DNA from: Raillietiella orientalis | Lineage: Eukaryota | Reading direction: 5' to 3' | Assembly: GCA_036172245.1 (NCBI GenBank) | Contig: JAYWIR010000007.1 | Span: forward strand, 4,402,001 to 4,466,000 | DNA: 64,000 bases | Part shown: piece after piece, positions 48,252-59,700 of the stretch | Numbering within the stretch: the stretch's first letter is position 1 | Layout: every line of letters begins with the position of its first letter | Notes under the pieces: model-generated | Seen by the model: the letters and a program-made list of their open reading frames with translations, nothing else | What the model was told of the DNA's origin: nothing | Database searches by the model: none | Translations under genes and position numbers: made by a program

Positions 48252-48544
48252 CTGGCAACAGTGACGAAGGCACGCTTGGGCTGAACTGTGAGCACGAAAC
48301 AAACAATACTGGCAACACTTACGAAAACACGAGGGCAATTGCAATACCCAGAGAAAAGGGGTTCAACAACTGAATGACACTGGCAACGCTGAGAAATGCA
48401 ACCCAAAAAATAAATAGCCGATGACACTGGCAGTGCTGGGATGGGAAACGAAAGAGACAGTTGGCAGCGTTGACAGTGAAGTATAAAAACAGTGAAGAAA
48501 TGCGATGACAACAGAGGAAACGAAACCAGGGGCGGTGGTTGCCA
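48252..48544 (+). repeat. Array of five YTGGCARY-core motifs with A-rich spacers, plus one inverted copy
   Basis: Copies at 48252, 48309, 48380, 48427 and 48461; inverted GTTGCCA at 48538. Confidence 0.7.
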
Positions 48545-49680
48545 CGGATACTGTGGATTTGTGTGCATTCAGTGGTTCCGCTCAAAGTGCAGACGCTGGG
48601 GGCGGCGCGCACGTCGCCAACGGTGCGTAGAAGCGGCGTGCGCCTCCGCTCTCCTGATTCTTCAGGAGGAAAGGTCGTCCATGCTCACCCGACTGCGCCC
48701 GCAGTTTCCGGGGCGGAGGAGCACGCGACTCTGAAATCGGGAACGGGAAGGGGGTGCAAGGGGATTGGGTGGTGCATGGGGCGGCGCCTGGTTTGGCCTG
48801 ACCTGACTCCGCCCGCCGCCTAGCGTTCCCTTTCCAGCATCCGTGCGGCTGTTCCGCGAGGAGGACTGCGGCAGCAGGGAGTCTCGGCCGTGTCGGGAGG
48901 TGCACTCACTGCCAGCGGTTGCTTCCTGCTCGCACCCAGACTCGCAGTCGCAACTTTTGGCGGAGGCCGAAATCTCCGAGTGGCGGTCCACACTATCCCA
49001 GGTCCACCTTCTACTGTGATCGCGGGAACGAATGCAACGTGCTTTCCGCTGCTGGATCCGCGACGTCGGATTTCCCTCGCGTCGCCACGGGAAGATCGCC
49101 GCGTGCCTTTCGTCCGACCTGTCACGTGACTCGGAGAACATGCGACCGCGGAAGCGAATTTCGAACCGTTAATTCACCGGACAGTGTTGACACGCGTGTT
49201 TGACGAAGCATTGCGTTGTGAACAAGTGCGGCGCCACCAAAGTGGTCATCGTACTGCTTGTGAGTCACTCTCCGGTATTTTTTTTTTGCTTTTTAAACCC
49301 TTACATGCTCGCAGGGGTTAAAAACGCGCTTGAACGCGCGAGCGGTGCTCCTGGACGCTTCCGCAGACGTCCACCCGGGAACGTGTGAACGCGAGCACAT
49401 GTTTGCCACTTTGGTGTGTCGTGCCCACCTCGCGCGGAGAGCGTGTCCCTTTCTCCCCCCCCCCCTCCCCCTCGAAGCGCGAGTTGCGAGAGAGCGTTTC
49501 CAGTGCGCAGGCGCGCGCGTCTTCTGTTGATTTTTCACGCGGAGGGAGCCGCGATGATCCTCACGGCCTCCTTCCTGATGTGAAATCCATAAGCCCGGTT
49601 CCCCTCTCCCCCTTCTTCTTCGTCTTCTTCTTCTCTTCCTCCTTTCCATTCCGGACATCCAGGAGACTGGATCCAGGAGG

Positions 49681-49720
49681 CTGATTATCTCCGTCCGGGA
49701 GACTGGACGGAGATAATCAG
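49681..49720. repeat. Perfect 16-bp inverted repeat with 8-nt loop
   Basis: CTGATTATCTCCGTCC-gggagact-GGACGGAGATAATCAG. Confidence 0.95.
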
Positions 49721-52479
49721 GGACCGGAACTCTTCGCAAACAGTGGAGCCGTCGCATCCGATTCGACACTTTGCAAGTGCTGATTAGCGCTCTGGGAAAC
49801 CACGGCGCCAATTCGGGATCCGCTGGAGACTTCCTTCCCCGTCCCGCAGAGAGAGGGGATCTCTCCCGAAGTTCACATCCCCTCAGGAGAGGGGGGGTCT
49901 TTTTTTTTTTTTTTTTCAGGACGGTCTCCATGGGAGCGGGCTGTGTGTTTCCGGTGCGCGTCCTCCTCGCGAGGGTGTTGTGCGTTCCTCGTCCATCGGA
50001 GGCAGCAGCCGGGAGCCGAATCCCCGGAAAAGGCGGAAGGAGCGGGGGAGGAGGCAAGAGGGAAACTTTAAGAAGAGCCGGGAGCGAAACCCGAGCGATC
50101 CTCTCCCCCCACCCACCCGTCCACTTGGGCGAGGTTGCCGCCACAGACCCTGTGTTCCTCCGAGCTAACGCGGGCGCGGAGCCTCTGATCCCTACAGAGG
50201 TGCTATGGATGGCGACGGACGTCACTTCATCTCGCGGGGCGGCCAGCGGGAGGGCACCCCAGACGTGGCCCTCCTTTGCTCGCACAGCCACCTGCAGGAA
50301 CGTGGATGCGCGGCGGCGACGGCATCTTGCGGGCCCGCGAGCGGATCCTGCCGGAGGCGCCCATGGGAAGGCCGAGCGCTCCCGGTACATTCGTGGCCCA
50401 TCCGGAATGAAGGCGAAGAGAGATACCGTTTCCGACCCTCTTCCCGCGGGGGTCCACGGTTGCCTCCTTGCAGGATGCCTGCGATGGCTTCCAAGGTCCA
50501 CCGCTCTAGCGGGCTCTCGCGTCCCGAGGAGGATGGGGCGAGGGACGAAGGCGTGAGGGCACGCGCGGTTCACACGGGGGCGAAAGAGCGCGTGGTTCCC
50601 AGGCGCGTCCCTGCGCGCCATTAGCGCACGCGACCGCCCCTGCGTCGCAGCCTGTCGGTCGGTTCCGCTTTCGGCCGCCGGCGGTGCTTCCTACCAGTCT
50701 CGCAGGGCCGGGGTGAGGGAGGGGCTCTCGTCTAGAGACCCCCAGGAGCGTCCGGTTCCGTCCCACCCTTCCTTATTGTTTCGGCAGGACCCTGCCGCCT
50801 CTTGGAGGGCCGGCGAAGGCCGTCCTCCCCTTCCCCTGGATGGGGGTTTGTCCGTCCGGAGTCGAAAACTCCCGGTCCGTCATCTTTTTCGTCCTCCCTC
50901 CTCTCATCCTCCCCCGCACTCTCTTCAGACTCAAGCGCTGAGGGTCCTCCCGGCGGCCTCGTTCCCGGGAGCGGCGAGCAAGTGGCCCCTAGGGACAGCG
51001 AGGTTTCGTGTTCCCTCCGAGGTCCTGCCCCCACCAGGCGCTTTCCCGGTGCACTTCCTCGAGCGTTTCGGTTCTCCTGGATTCCTCCCCCATGTACCCC
51101 TTTACGCGCGCGCGCTCGCGCGCGACCGGCAGGAGTCCTTCGCAAGGGATGGGAGTGACAAAAAGGTCGCCAGGGGTCAGTGGAGAGCGCGGTGCTTCTG
51201 GCTGCATTGTGATGCGTCAGCGGCGGGCGTGACACACGCAGCGAGCCCTCTCTCTCCTCTGAGGACGCTGCCGCTCTTCTTCCGTCGCCGCGCGTCCGCT
51301 CACCCGGGAACCCCGGTCTTTTAAAGTCCGCCGCCCCCCTCCGTGGCTCCCACGCATCCTTGATGGACCTCAGGTGTTCCGCTTGAAGTCCGCCGGATCC
51401 ATTGCGGTCCTACCGACCCGCGCCTTCTCTTCGACGAGAAAGGCCAGCTGTGGGCATCCACTCATCCCGAAGATCGCCGACGGCCGTCTGTCTCCTGCTC
51501 GCTCTCCCTTGCGCATCGTCAGAGTCCACGGTCCGTACAACCTCCTCCGCCGCCGCGCCTCAGTGGAGTCTTAGCCCCCTCCTTCTCGTGCGCACGCCCT
51601 GATCCCGCGCAGAGGGAGGGAGAGACAGCCCTTTCGTCACACCGCGCGAAGGCTGTTGCCGAATTCGGTCTCGCCTTCTTGTCCTCGGCCTGCGGAGCGT
51701 GACGGCGTGCGCGTGGACTGTCAGCATGGCTAGGGCGTGTGGCGCGTTCGGTTTTCCGAAGTCCTGTGCCTTCACTCCCCGCGCGCGCCTCCGATCGTCG
51801 AGGCCGGAACGTTCCCTACCTCTCGCCTGCTGAAGAGATTCGCTCCCGCGTCGGTACACCCCCCTCCCCTCCCACCTCTTCCCCTCGACAGGCCCTTCTT
51901 CGCCGCCACGGTGACGAGTAGGAGCCGGGCGTCCAGGATGCTGCCGCTGCCGCTGCGAGAGACATAGAGAGAGAATGAATGTGCGGCGAGTCGGGTCCAT
52001 TCGTCGGCAGTTGCGAATTCCACCTCGCAGGTTGAAAGCGAAACAAATTCAGCATCACGACCCCGCGTAATCCTTCTGCGGGTTGCCATGGCATCGGGGA
52101 GGAATGCTTCGGCGATTACGGAGGAGCCCATTCATCGTCTGGATGATCTCCCCCCTCGCCTTCCTCCCTCCTTCTTCCCCTCGAACGACATCAGCCGCAT
52201 TTCCATATCGCCTCGGGATCCGCGAGGAGCGAGACGTGGCGGCTGCAACGTGCATTCCCGGCAGATCACATGGAAGCGAAGGATCCTCCTAATGCACTTA
52301 CAGAGTCGGAGGGATCGCGCAGCCCGCTGAGAGGATGAACAGCAGTAATTTTCAGAGAGTTCCTGCTTTTCCTGTTGTTCGTCTCTTTTTTTGCCTCTCC
52401 CATCGCTGTCGCCGTTCCGCTTTTCTCGTCACTTGGACCGTCACTGTCTACGTCGGCTGCTGCCTTTTTTTTTGATCAG

Positions 52480-55400
52480 TAGGCCGTTTGCTTGGTTTCC
52501 TGGTTGCTTGGAGCTACCCAACGTATCCTAGGTGCGCGCCGTCGTTCCCATTGTTGGGAGATCCATTGTTGCCAGCCTAAAGCGTTTGGAGCAGACAATC
52601 TAAAAATAGTAGAGGTTAGCAGCAGAGGTTTCCCCTGAGTTAGCAGAGGCAATCAAGATCTTCCAGAGACAGAAGGAAGCGTTCCAACCACTACCAAAAG
52701 GAATGTGCACGACCCATTCCTACTGAAACCCCTTCTACCCTTTGATTCTGCGGAAAAGCAAACGGAACCGCACTCGATTCCTACCGAAATCCACACACCC
52801 ACACCAATCTGCAAAGTAACCTATGCCGGTATCCTTCGGAAAAAAACGATTGTCAAACTCCCCAAATTATCCCATGTTCCTCGAAGCACAGTATCCTCTA
52901 CCTATAAGTTGGCTGACGCTCCTCTGATAGTATTCCCTACTACTACTCCTAGAGTTTTTCCCAGTTCTCATGAATCCCCCACGATGACAAAACTTTCACT
53001 GCGATCCCCAAATACCAACATTCTAATTGCTAGTGAGAATGAAACAAACTTATCTACTCGACGGAGGTCCTCCCTTCCGCTTATCATCATCACGGAGTGT
53101 GAAGACCTAACCCATCAAGAAGACAGCCTGTCTTCTACAGATGGAATTGATTCCAATCTTCCCGCTTTTACAAGCAATCATGATGGACCGGAAACACTAC
53201 CGTCAACATGCTCCCCCAACACGCTCCCCTGCGCGACGCTGAATCCATTCTCCAGATCTCAAAACAGAGCCGTAGAAGTTCTTCTAATTCAATTCAAACC
53301 AATCAAAAGGGTGAGGTTCGCTAATACGGTGCTGCCATCAACCTCGATAATTCCGCACTCCGATGTACCGATAAGGATGGAAGATCAGCTTTTCGCAATG
53401 GAAATCTGAAAACAAATCGCCTCAAATCACCGGAACTGAGAAACTCCATCACTACGGGTCGCACCACCCCCAATAGTTCTCCAAGGATGGCTACTCCTCC
53501 TTTGACTTCCCTTCAGATTCCCCCACATTCAATGATGACGTGGCACTGACCTCAAATCAGCATCTGCTAGTTCGTCTTCGCATGCTTGAAATGTTTGACT
53601 CCCTTCTGTCCTTTCCGGACGAATACCCTGAAAGCGGGAAGAACGTTATACTCTCTAAAAAGACATTTAGCAATAGCACATGATCTTCCATATCAAAAGC
53701 ACTTTCTTATTTGACGAAAACGCAATCACAAAGTGTCTCCACTGACCCAACATCATTCTTGTTGGAAAGACTCTTCTCATCTCCCCATCAAACTCCCTAT
53801 CCCTCCACCACTGTCCCATAGATGCCCTTCTGCCAATTGCGATGCAACCTTCCCTACTCTCATTGGACTCAAAAATCTCAGTCGGTGGCATGCTGGGATA
53901 CAGCACACACGGGCCTCCTTGCTACCTACGAACTCTTAGATTCCCACGCAAAACCGTTATAGTCCTCTCGAAATTCAAGACCGCTCGTCTGCAGTTTCTC
54001 CGCCAAATGTTCAACGCAGTTCTTCACCAACATCTTGTCAAATAGACAATCACCGTATTCCAACAAATTTGCAGCCGACAGTAATTCGACAACCTTCACC
54101 AACCCTAACGTCAGCAAGAACTACTCCCCTTCCCCCAAGCAGAATTTCTCCTCACACCGTGCAGCGACCTACAGGTGAAGACTCTCTTCTACAAGGCTGT
54201 TCACTTACACCAGAGCGGCAGGAAACGCTTCTAGTGGGTTTTACGGGACAATGTCGTAACTTCCTTTCTCTTCCCAAAGATGCGCAGACGTGGCAGTTGG
54301 CAACGGATACACTGACTGACGCCATCCACACCATCCAATCACACTTTCGGATCAATCCAAGCCCCCCTAATCCAAATCGAGGACCCAGGAGCAAATCTGT
54401 CGTCGACAATTTCGTGTACAGGAGAAACAGGAAGCAAGCTATGCGTGCCATTCTTCAACGGAATGCAATCGAATACTCTGGATCCCTTGACAGCCTAGAA
54501 CAAACATTCAAAGAAAAGTTCTCCCGCAAAGCGACGTCCCTTTCACAACTCCACAGAGCTGAAAACAAACGATCGCAAGTTGAAGTAGATCTTTCCTTGT
54601 TTACTCAAGGAAAGATCTACAAGAAAGAAAGCAAGAAATTCTTTCTGTCTTGCTCAAATGCAATGATACCGCCCCTGGACACGACGGCATCCCTTATTCT
54701 ATCTTAGCAAAAGCCGACCCGCAATGCTCATGTCTTGACTCCCTTTTCAACCTCTGCGTGCGCTTCCAGCGCATCCCTAATGACTGGATTTCCTCCCGCA
54801 CAATCCTTATTCCCAAGCCCTCGACGTCTGAAGCCACGGACGTGACCCAATTTCGGCCCATTTTCATATCCAACACAACTGGAAAATTATTCTGCAAATT
54901 ACTTGCCAGACGACTACGTATGTGGATCATGGAAAACGGAATCCTGGGACACCACCAGAAGGGTTTCCTGCCCTATGATGGCGTCCTGGAACGAAATTTT
55001 ATACTTGGCACAACGATAGAGCAAGCACGTGTCCATCATCAAAATTTGGCAATTGCATGGATAGACTTCAAAGATGCTTTCACCTCTGTCCCCCATGATC
55101 TAATTTTGGAATCCCTGAATGCTTTTGGTTCCGGTAGCACCTTCTGCTCGTTGATGCTCTGCAATAGATCCTCACCTCACCTTACCTGTCACGAGGGTAG
55201 GACCAATCCTATTCCCAGAAACGCTGGCGTCCGACAAGGTTGTCCACTAAGTGGGCTCCGGTTCAATATCACGCTTGAACCGTTTATCCAGCTGATCCTT
55301 GACGACCATCCCAGCATACTCCCTTTCGCATATGCAGATGACGTAGCCTTAATCTCCAGCTCCCAAACAGAATTACAAACCGCTTTGACAGCGTTTGCTA

Positions 55401-56760
55401 ATACCACTCATGTTGCGGGTCTACAAATTAATCCTTCAAAATGCGGGTCCTGCCATTATTCATCTTCCCTTCCTCAAGTAGTCCCCACTTTATTTTTTGT
55501 TTTTGACCGTTCTATCCCACCTCTAGGGCACCATGAAACTTACAAATACCTGTAGGATTCGATCTCCCACCTTCTACGATGGCGACGTTGACACCTTTGC
55601 TAGACGCTTCCAAGCCATGGCTCAATCCTCCTTAGCACCCTGGCAGAAACTTGATGCCACGAAAACCTTTTTGCTCCCCTCCCTTGTGCATGACCTCAGG
55701 TTAGGAACGACCATCATCGTGGGCTAAACTCGATAAGTTGACTCGGAACACTCTCAAACAAAACATACTTCCGTTGACCCAGGGATCCTCCAACGAGTAC
55801 ATCTACGGTAGGGTCAAAGATGGTTGTCTTGGAGTTATGTCGCGTGTCGAAGAAGCTCGCACGATGCTCCCAGATTCTGCTTTCAAACTTCTCACCTGCC
55901 CCGACCAAAAAGTCACCAATCTTTCCCTTGCTGCTCTGGCTGATGCCACTAAGAGGAAAACACACTCACCCCCCCCCCCCGATGGAACTGATGACCCAAT
56001 ACCTAAACGGCTGTTTTCTCCCCCCCCCCCCCGCGGCGATCCTCGAACCCTGTGGTCATCCGTCAGGGAAGCCACAAAACACCTTCCCGTACAGTGGTCG
56101 GTTCAGGACGGGACCTTGAACCCCTCCATGAACACCCAGGAAGCCCAGGTTTTCCCAAAATACTTACCCCCGCCAACCGGCGACAGGTGGCCCCATCCAT
56201 CCGAAACGCCTTCCGAGACGAAGAAATAGAATGCCTACCGAGTAAACCGGATGAGGGCAGGATGATGGAATGCGTCGGTCTTCATCCGGCCTCCAGGAGT
56301 TTTCCTCCGATGTGTGACGTCTTGCGTTTCGCCGATTGGAGATTTCTTCACCGAGCGCGCTCCAACCAACTCCCCGCTCAATGGAAACCGAAAGAGACCC
56401 GGGCAACTCGAACAGTGAAGGAGACACCAGCGCACGTGATCTGTCATTGCCAAATGCACCTTGATCACGCAGAGGCACAGCCGCGTGGTCGATATGCTCA
56501 TGAAATTCTTGTCCCCGAAGCGATGGCGGATCGCAGATTGGACAGTGACAACTCCACGCTCCGGCCCGAGGCATCTTCCTACGAAAGTCCACCACAGCCG
56601 GCATCCTCGACGTTGCCGTCCCGTTCGAGGATCGATCTCAAGCCTTCGCTCGCGGACCCAAGAGACTCAGATATTCCGGTCTTGAAGCGAGCCTCAGGGG
56701 CCAAGGCTGGCAAACGGTGAACGACGCAATCGTCGTCGGTTCTCTCGGCACGAAACGATC
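52480..56760 (+). mobile_element. Decayed RLE-type non-LTR retrotransposon, Utopia/NeSL-like (zinc fingers, RT, CCHC and restriction-like endonuclease); boundaries approximate
   Basis: Ordered domains across frameshifts and stops: N-terminal zinc fingers (CLTPFC...LKRHLAIAH at about 53590-53680; CPSANCDATFPTLIGL...H at about 53820-53890), YRRNRKQAMRAIL, the RT, LAPWQKLDA.KTFL.P, IYG..KDGCLG, RFADWRFLHRAR.N.LP, ETPAHVICHC, RHSRVV, LRPE, ILDVAVPFEDR and DAIVVGSLG. The segment is A/C-rich and lower in GC than its flanks. Confidence 0.9.
54650..55555 (+). pseudogene. Reverse transcriptase domain of the RLE retrotransposon (interrupted ORF)
   Basis: TAPGHDG, FRPI, QKGFLPYDG, IAWIDFKDAFTSVPH, GVRQGCPLS, FAYADD, GLQINPSKC, then YKYL followed by TAG where G is expected. 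Confidence 0.93.
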
Positions 56761-59700
56761 GAGTTTTGAAACTGACAGGATCATCCAGTGTGGTGATAAA
56801 AGGGTTGTCTTCTCCTGCTTGCAAAGAGATGATAATTTGCGCGTGGCCATATCCATCGCAAGTACGCAACCTGCGCATGAAGGCGATGTGAACATTCAAG
56901 CTGAAGATTACTTCGCGCAACATGACACTCGATCCCCTCCCCGCTCCCATGGACCAACTCCTCCCTGTGTTGACCCCTACCCACCGAACAGCGGAGTCGA
57001 TGAGCATCCCATCGTCGACTCCTTCCGCATCCTCCCCACGCATCCATCTCCCTTACCTCAAACCTGAATCCCCGAAAGTGAAGCGCAACTCTCCAGGACT
57101 CAAAGAACGTCTCAAGATGCATCTCTCTGAATGTGAAAACCTGCAATCGGATCAAACTGCACGGGACGCTCCTGGAAACTTCCTCCTGAAAACCAGCCAT
57201 AACTTCACAAATGCCCCCGCCTCTTTACCTGTTTGAACTTTGAAAATCCGCGGAGACCTTCCCGAAATTGGGCAAGCATGTGCAAGCATGTCGTAATAAA
57301 AAGAACGCCCTAACAAAAAATATTATAATAACTCCGTTCCTCGGGAAACCAGACGGAGAGGAAGACGGCAGATTTAAACGCCGTATCGATCTTTTCGTTT
57401 TTCAACAAGTTCCTTTGAAAAACGAGCAGCAGCCTGGCATCACATGTGGAGGATGTGCATCCGATGCTGAAATGAGCCTGTGGAAAATAAAAAGCACAAA
57501 AACTGCTCCCTGCTGCTTTCCCACTCTCTCCCTCTCTCTCCCCTTTTCTTATCACGGAAAGAAGACTTGCTTTCCGGTTTAAAGCCAGAAGACTTTTTCC
57601 CCTTGTGGACTGACTGCGAGCTAAGCGTCGACCATCATTTTCACACAAGTGTGCTGTGTATTTCGAATACAAAACGGGACGTGTCCTTATTAGCATCCAG
57701 TCAATGGGTTGCTGAGTTTACGAAAGCGGCATGGACCTGCGAAACGAAAACAGGACGCGAGGATGAATCTGGGAGGAACGAAAGTTCTGCCGTGTTCCCA
57801 GATCGACGCTTCTACCCCCCCCCCCTCCCTTTCCCGGCGGGCGCGTTTTCTTCCTTTCGTTGCAGCCGAGTTTTCTGCTCTCCTTTGAGGGCGCGAATGC
57901 TTCCGGAAGACGAGAGGACAGAATGATGATACGGCAGCCACTCGGGGTCAGGCGAGGTGGCTCCTCCGACCCAAGGCAGGTTCCGGCTCGCGCGCACTTT
58001 GCAGCGGCGTGGGCGGATGGCCAAAGGGGAAGGGGAGCGGGTGGGGGTCGTCGGAAAGCTCGAATCGGAATGCAGGGTCGCTCGCGCGCTGGGAATCCGT
58101 CGCGGGGACACGCAGACCTGCCTGGGGGGATGGGACGCTCATCATCATCATCTTCGCGCCGCTGGCCTGCCCGGACACCGGCCCCTGGGAAGTCTCGCCG
58201 GCTCAGAGTCTGCTAGAGTGGGGTGACGCTTGAGAGCCGCGAACGCGTAGTTGCGCGTGGAAGAGGAGGAAGGCAGGGAAGCGTCGGAAAGAGCAACTTC
58301 CCCTCATCCCCGTGCTGAACGAAGGAGACATAGACGAAAAGGGAGGGTGGAGGGCCAACCGCTGCTCCTTCGTGCGCGGATGGACGCGGGAGTTTCCCCC
58401 TCGTCCCCTTTTCCGTCCCCCGCGCTCGCTCATCCGGAAGAGGGAGGAATAGAGGAGCTTCGCGTCCCCAGATCATCCGGAGGTGGCATCGGTCCGACCC
58501 CCCTTCGGGACGGGACCCCGTTCCTGACCACAAGCGCGGTGGGAGATCCGCGGATTCCTGCCACGCCCGCTTCCCCCGTTTTTCCTCCTTCTGCGGAGGC
58601 CTCTTTGCAGCTCTATCCCTGCCCTCGTCTGCCTTCCTGGAGGTGAACTTCCCATCTCCGTTGTTCTCGATGCTCCCCCTCCCTCCTTTTCGCGAGAGCC
58701 ACCACGGCGGCGCCAGCGAGCTCGACTGCCGACCCAATGCCGCTTCCTCCGCAACCGGAGGGAAGTGAGTGGTGGGTTGCGGGTGGGGGGAGATCACAGG
58801 CAGCATTCGCCTTGGTCCAGTCGTGGCACGGCAGCAGCAGCACCCGCCTCACGGCTGGCTTTCCGTCCTCCCCTCTCTCGTCGTCATCCCCGGGGAAAAC
58901 CCCGAGCGGAAGGAGCTCCCCATAGGCCCTCCTTTTCCTCTCCTGCACCCTTTTCTGCCGAAAAATCAGGGTGCGGCGGTGGCGGCGCTGCCACTGTCCC
59001 TCTTCCGCATCCACCCTCCCGGGGGAGCATTTAGCTTCCTCCCTCCTTCAGTCCCGCACTCCATCCTCGTCTCTCCCGTTCTCAGTCTCCTACTGGGGAC
59101 GAGTTCGTCCCCTTGGCGCTCCCGCTGCATTCCAGAATCAGAGGAGGGAAGAGACGCTCACGGAAGGATCCATTCGACAGAAGCCTGGCGACTGCCTCCT
59201 CGTCCCCCTCCCCTTCGCACACGTATGCAACAGAGGAAGCGTGGAGGGGCGTGGGGTAGGCGTAGGTGGGCGTAGGGGAAACGGGATAAGGAGGCGAAAC
59301 ATTCTGTCCTGGAGTGCCGAGGAACTCGTGCGCGTTCGTCACGCCGCATATCCTCCAGCAAGTGGGGAGGGAGGTATGAGTTCTTCCTTCCATGTTGTCT
59401 GGAGACACCAGAAGCAGATGTCGGACGAGGGGAGGTGGAAAGGGAAGTCCCAGACTCGATGAGTCCAGGCTCCTGGTCCAGTTGCGCTTTGCTGACCGTA
59501 TGTGAAGGCGGCGGCGGCGAAACGTTGTTTAGGCTACCTAGGTCGATACGTCTTCCCTCTAGCGCAGTTCTCGATCGGCTGCCACTCCGGAATGTGTGGT
59601 GTTCAGAAAGGATGTTTTCGGCTCATGGAAGTGATTGGACTGATCCCTCTTGCCCATGGTCGGGATTCCTATCCTCAGAGCAATCGGCAAAGCCCTCAAG

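Noticed and set aside
48252..48544. CRISPR-like reading of the motif-spacer array
   Set aside because: The repeats are only about 11 nt, degenerate and irregularly spaced, the context is eukaryotic, and there are no cas genes.
49293..50621. 442-aa minus-strand ORF and many similar 200-350 aa ORFs
   Set aside because: They translate homopolymers and microsatellites (poly-K, poly-R), show no domain signal, and have overlapping open frames on both strands.
52082..52095. RFX X-box-like palindromes (GTTGCCATGGCATC here; similar at about 9616 and 30881)
   Set aside because: Each has a consensus mismatch and none is tied to a defined promoter.
52461..52483. GCCTTTT...GATCAGTAG upstream of the Utopia-like element, vaguely like the U2 5' flank
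   Set aside because: It needs several gaps and substitutions and includes a T-run, so it is not distinguishable from chance.
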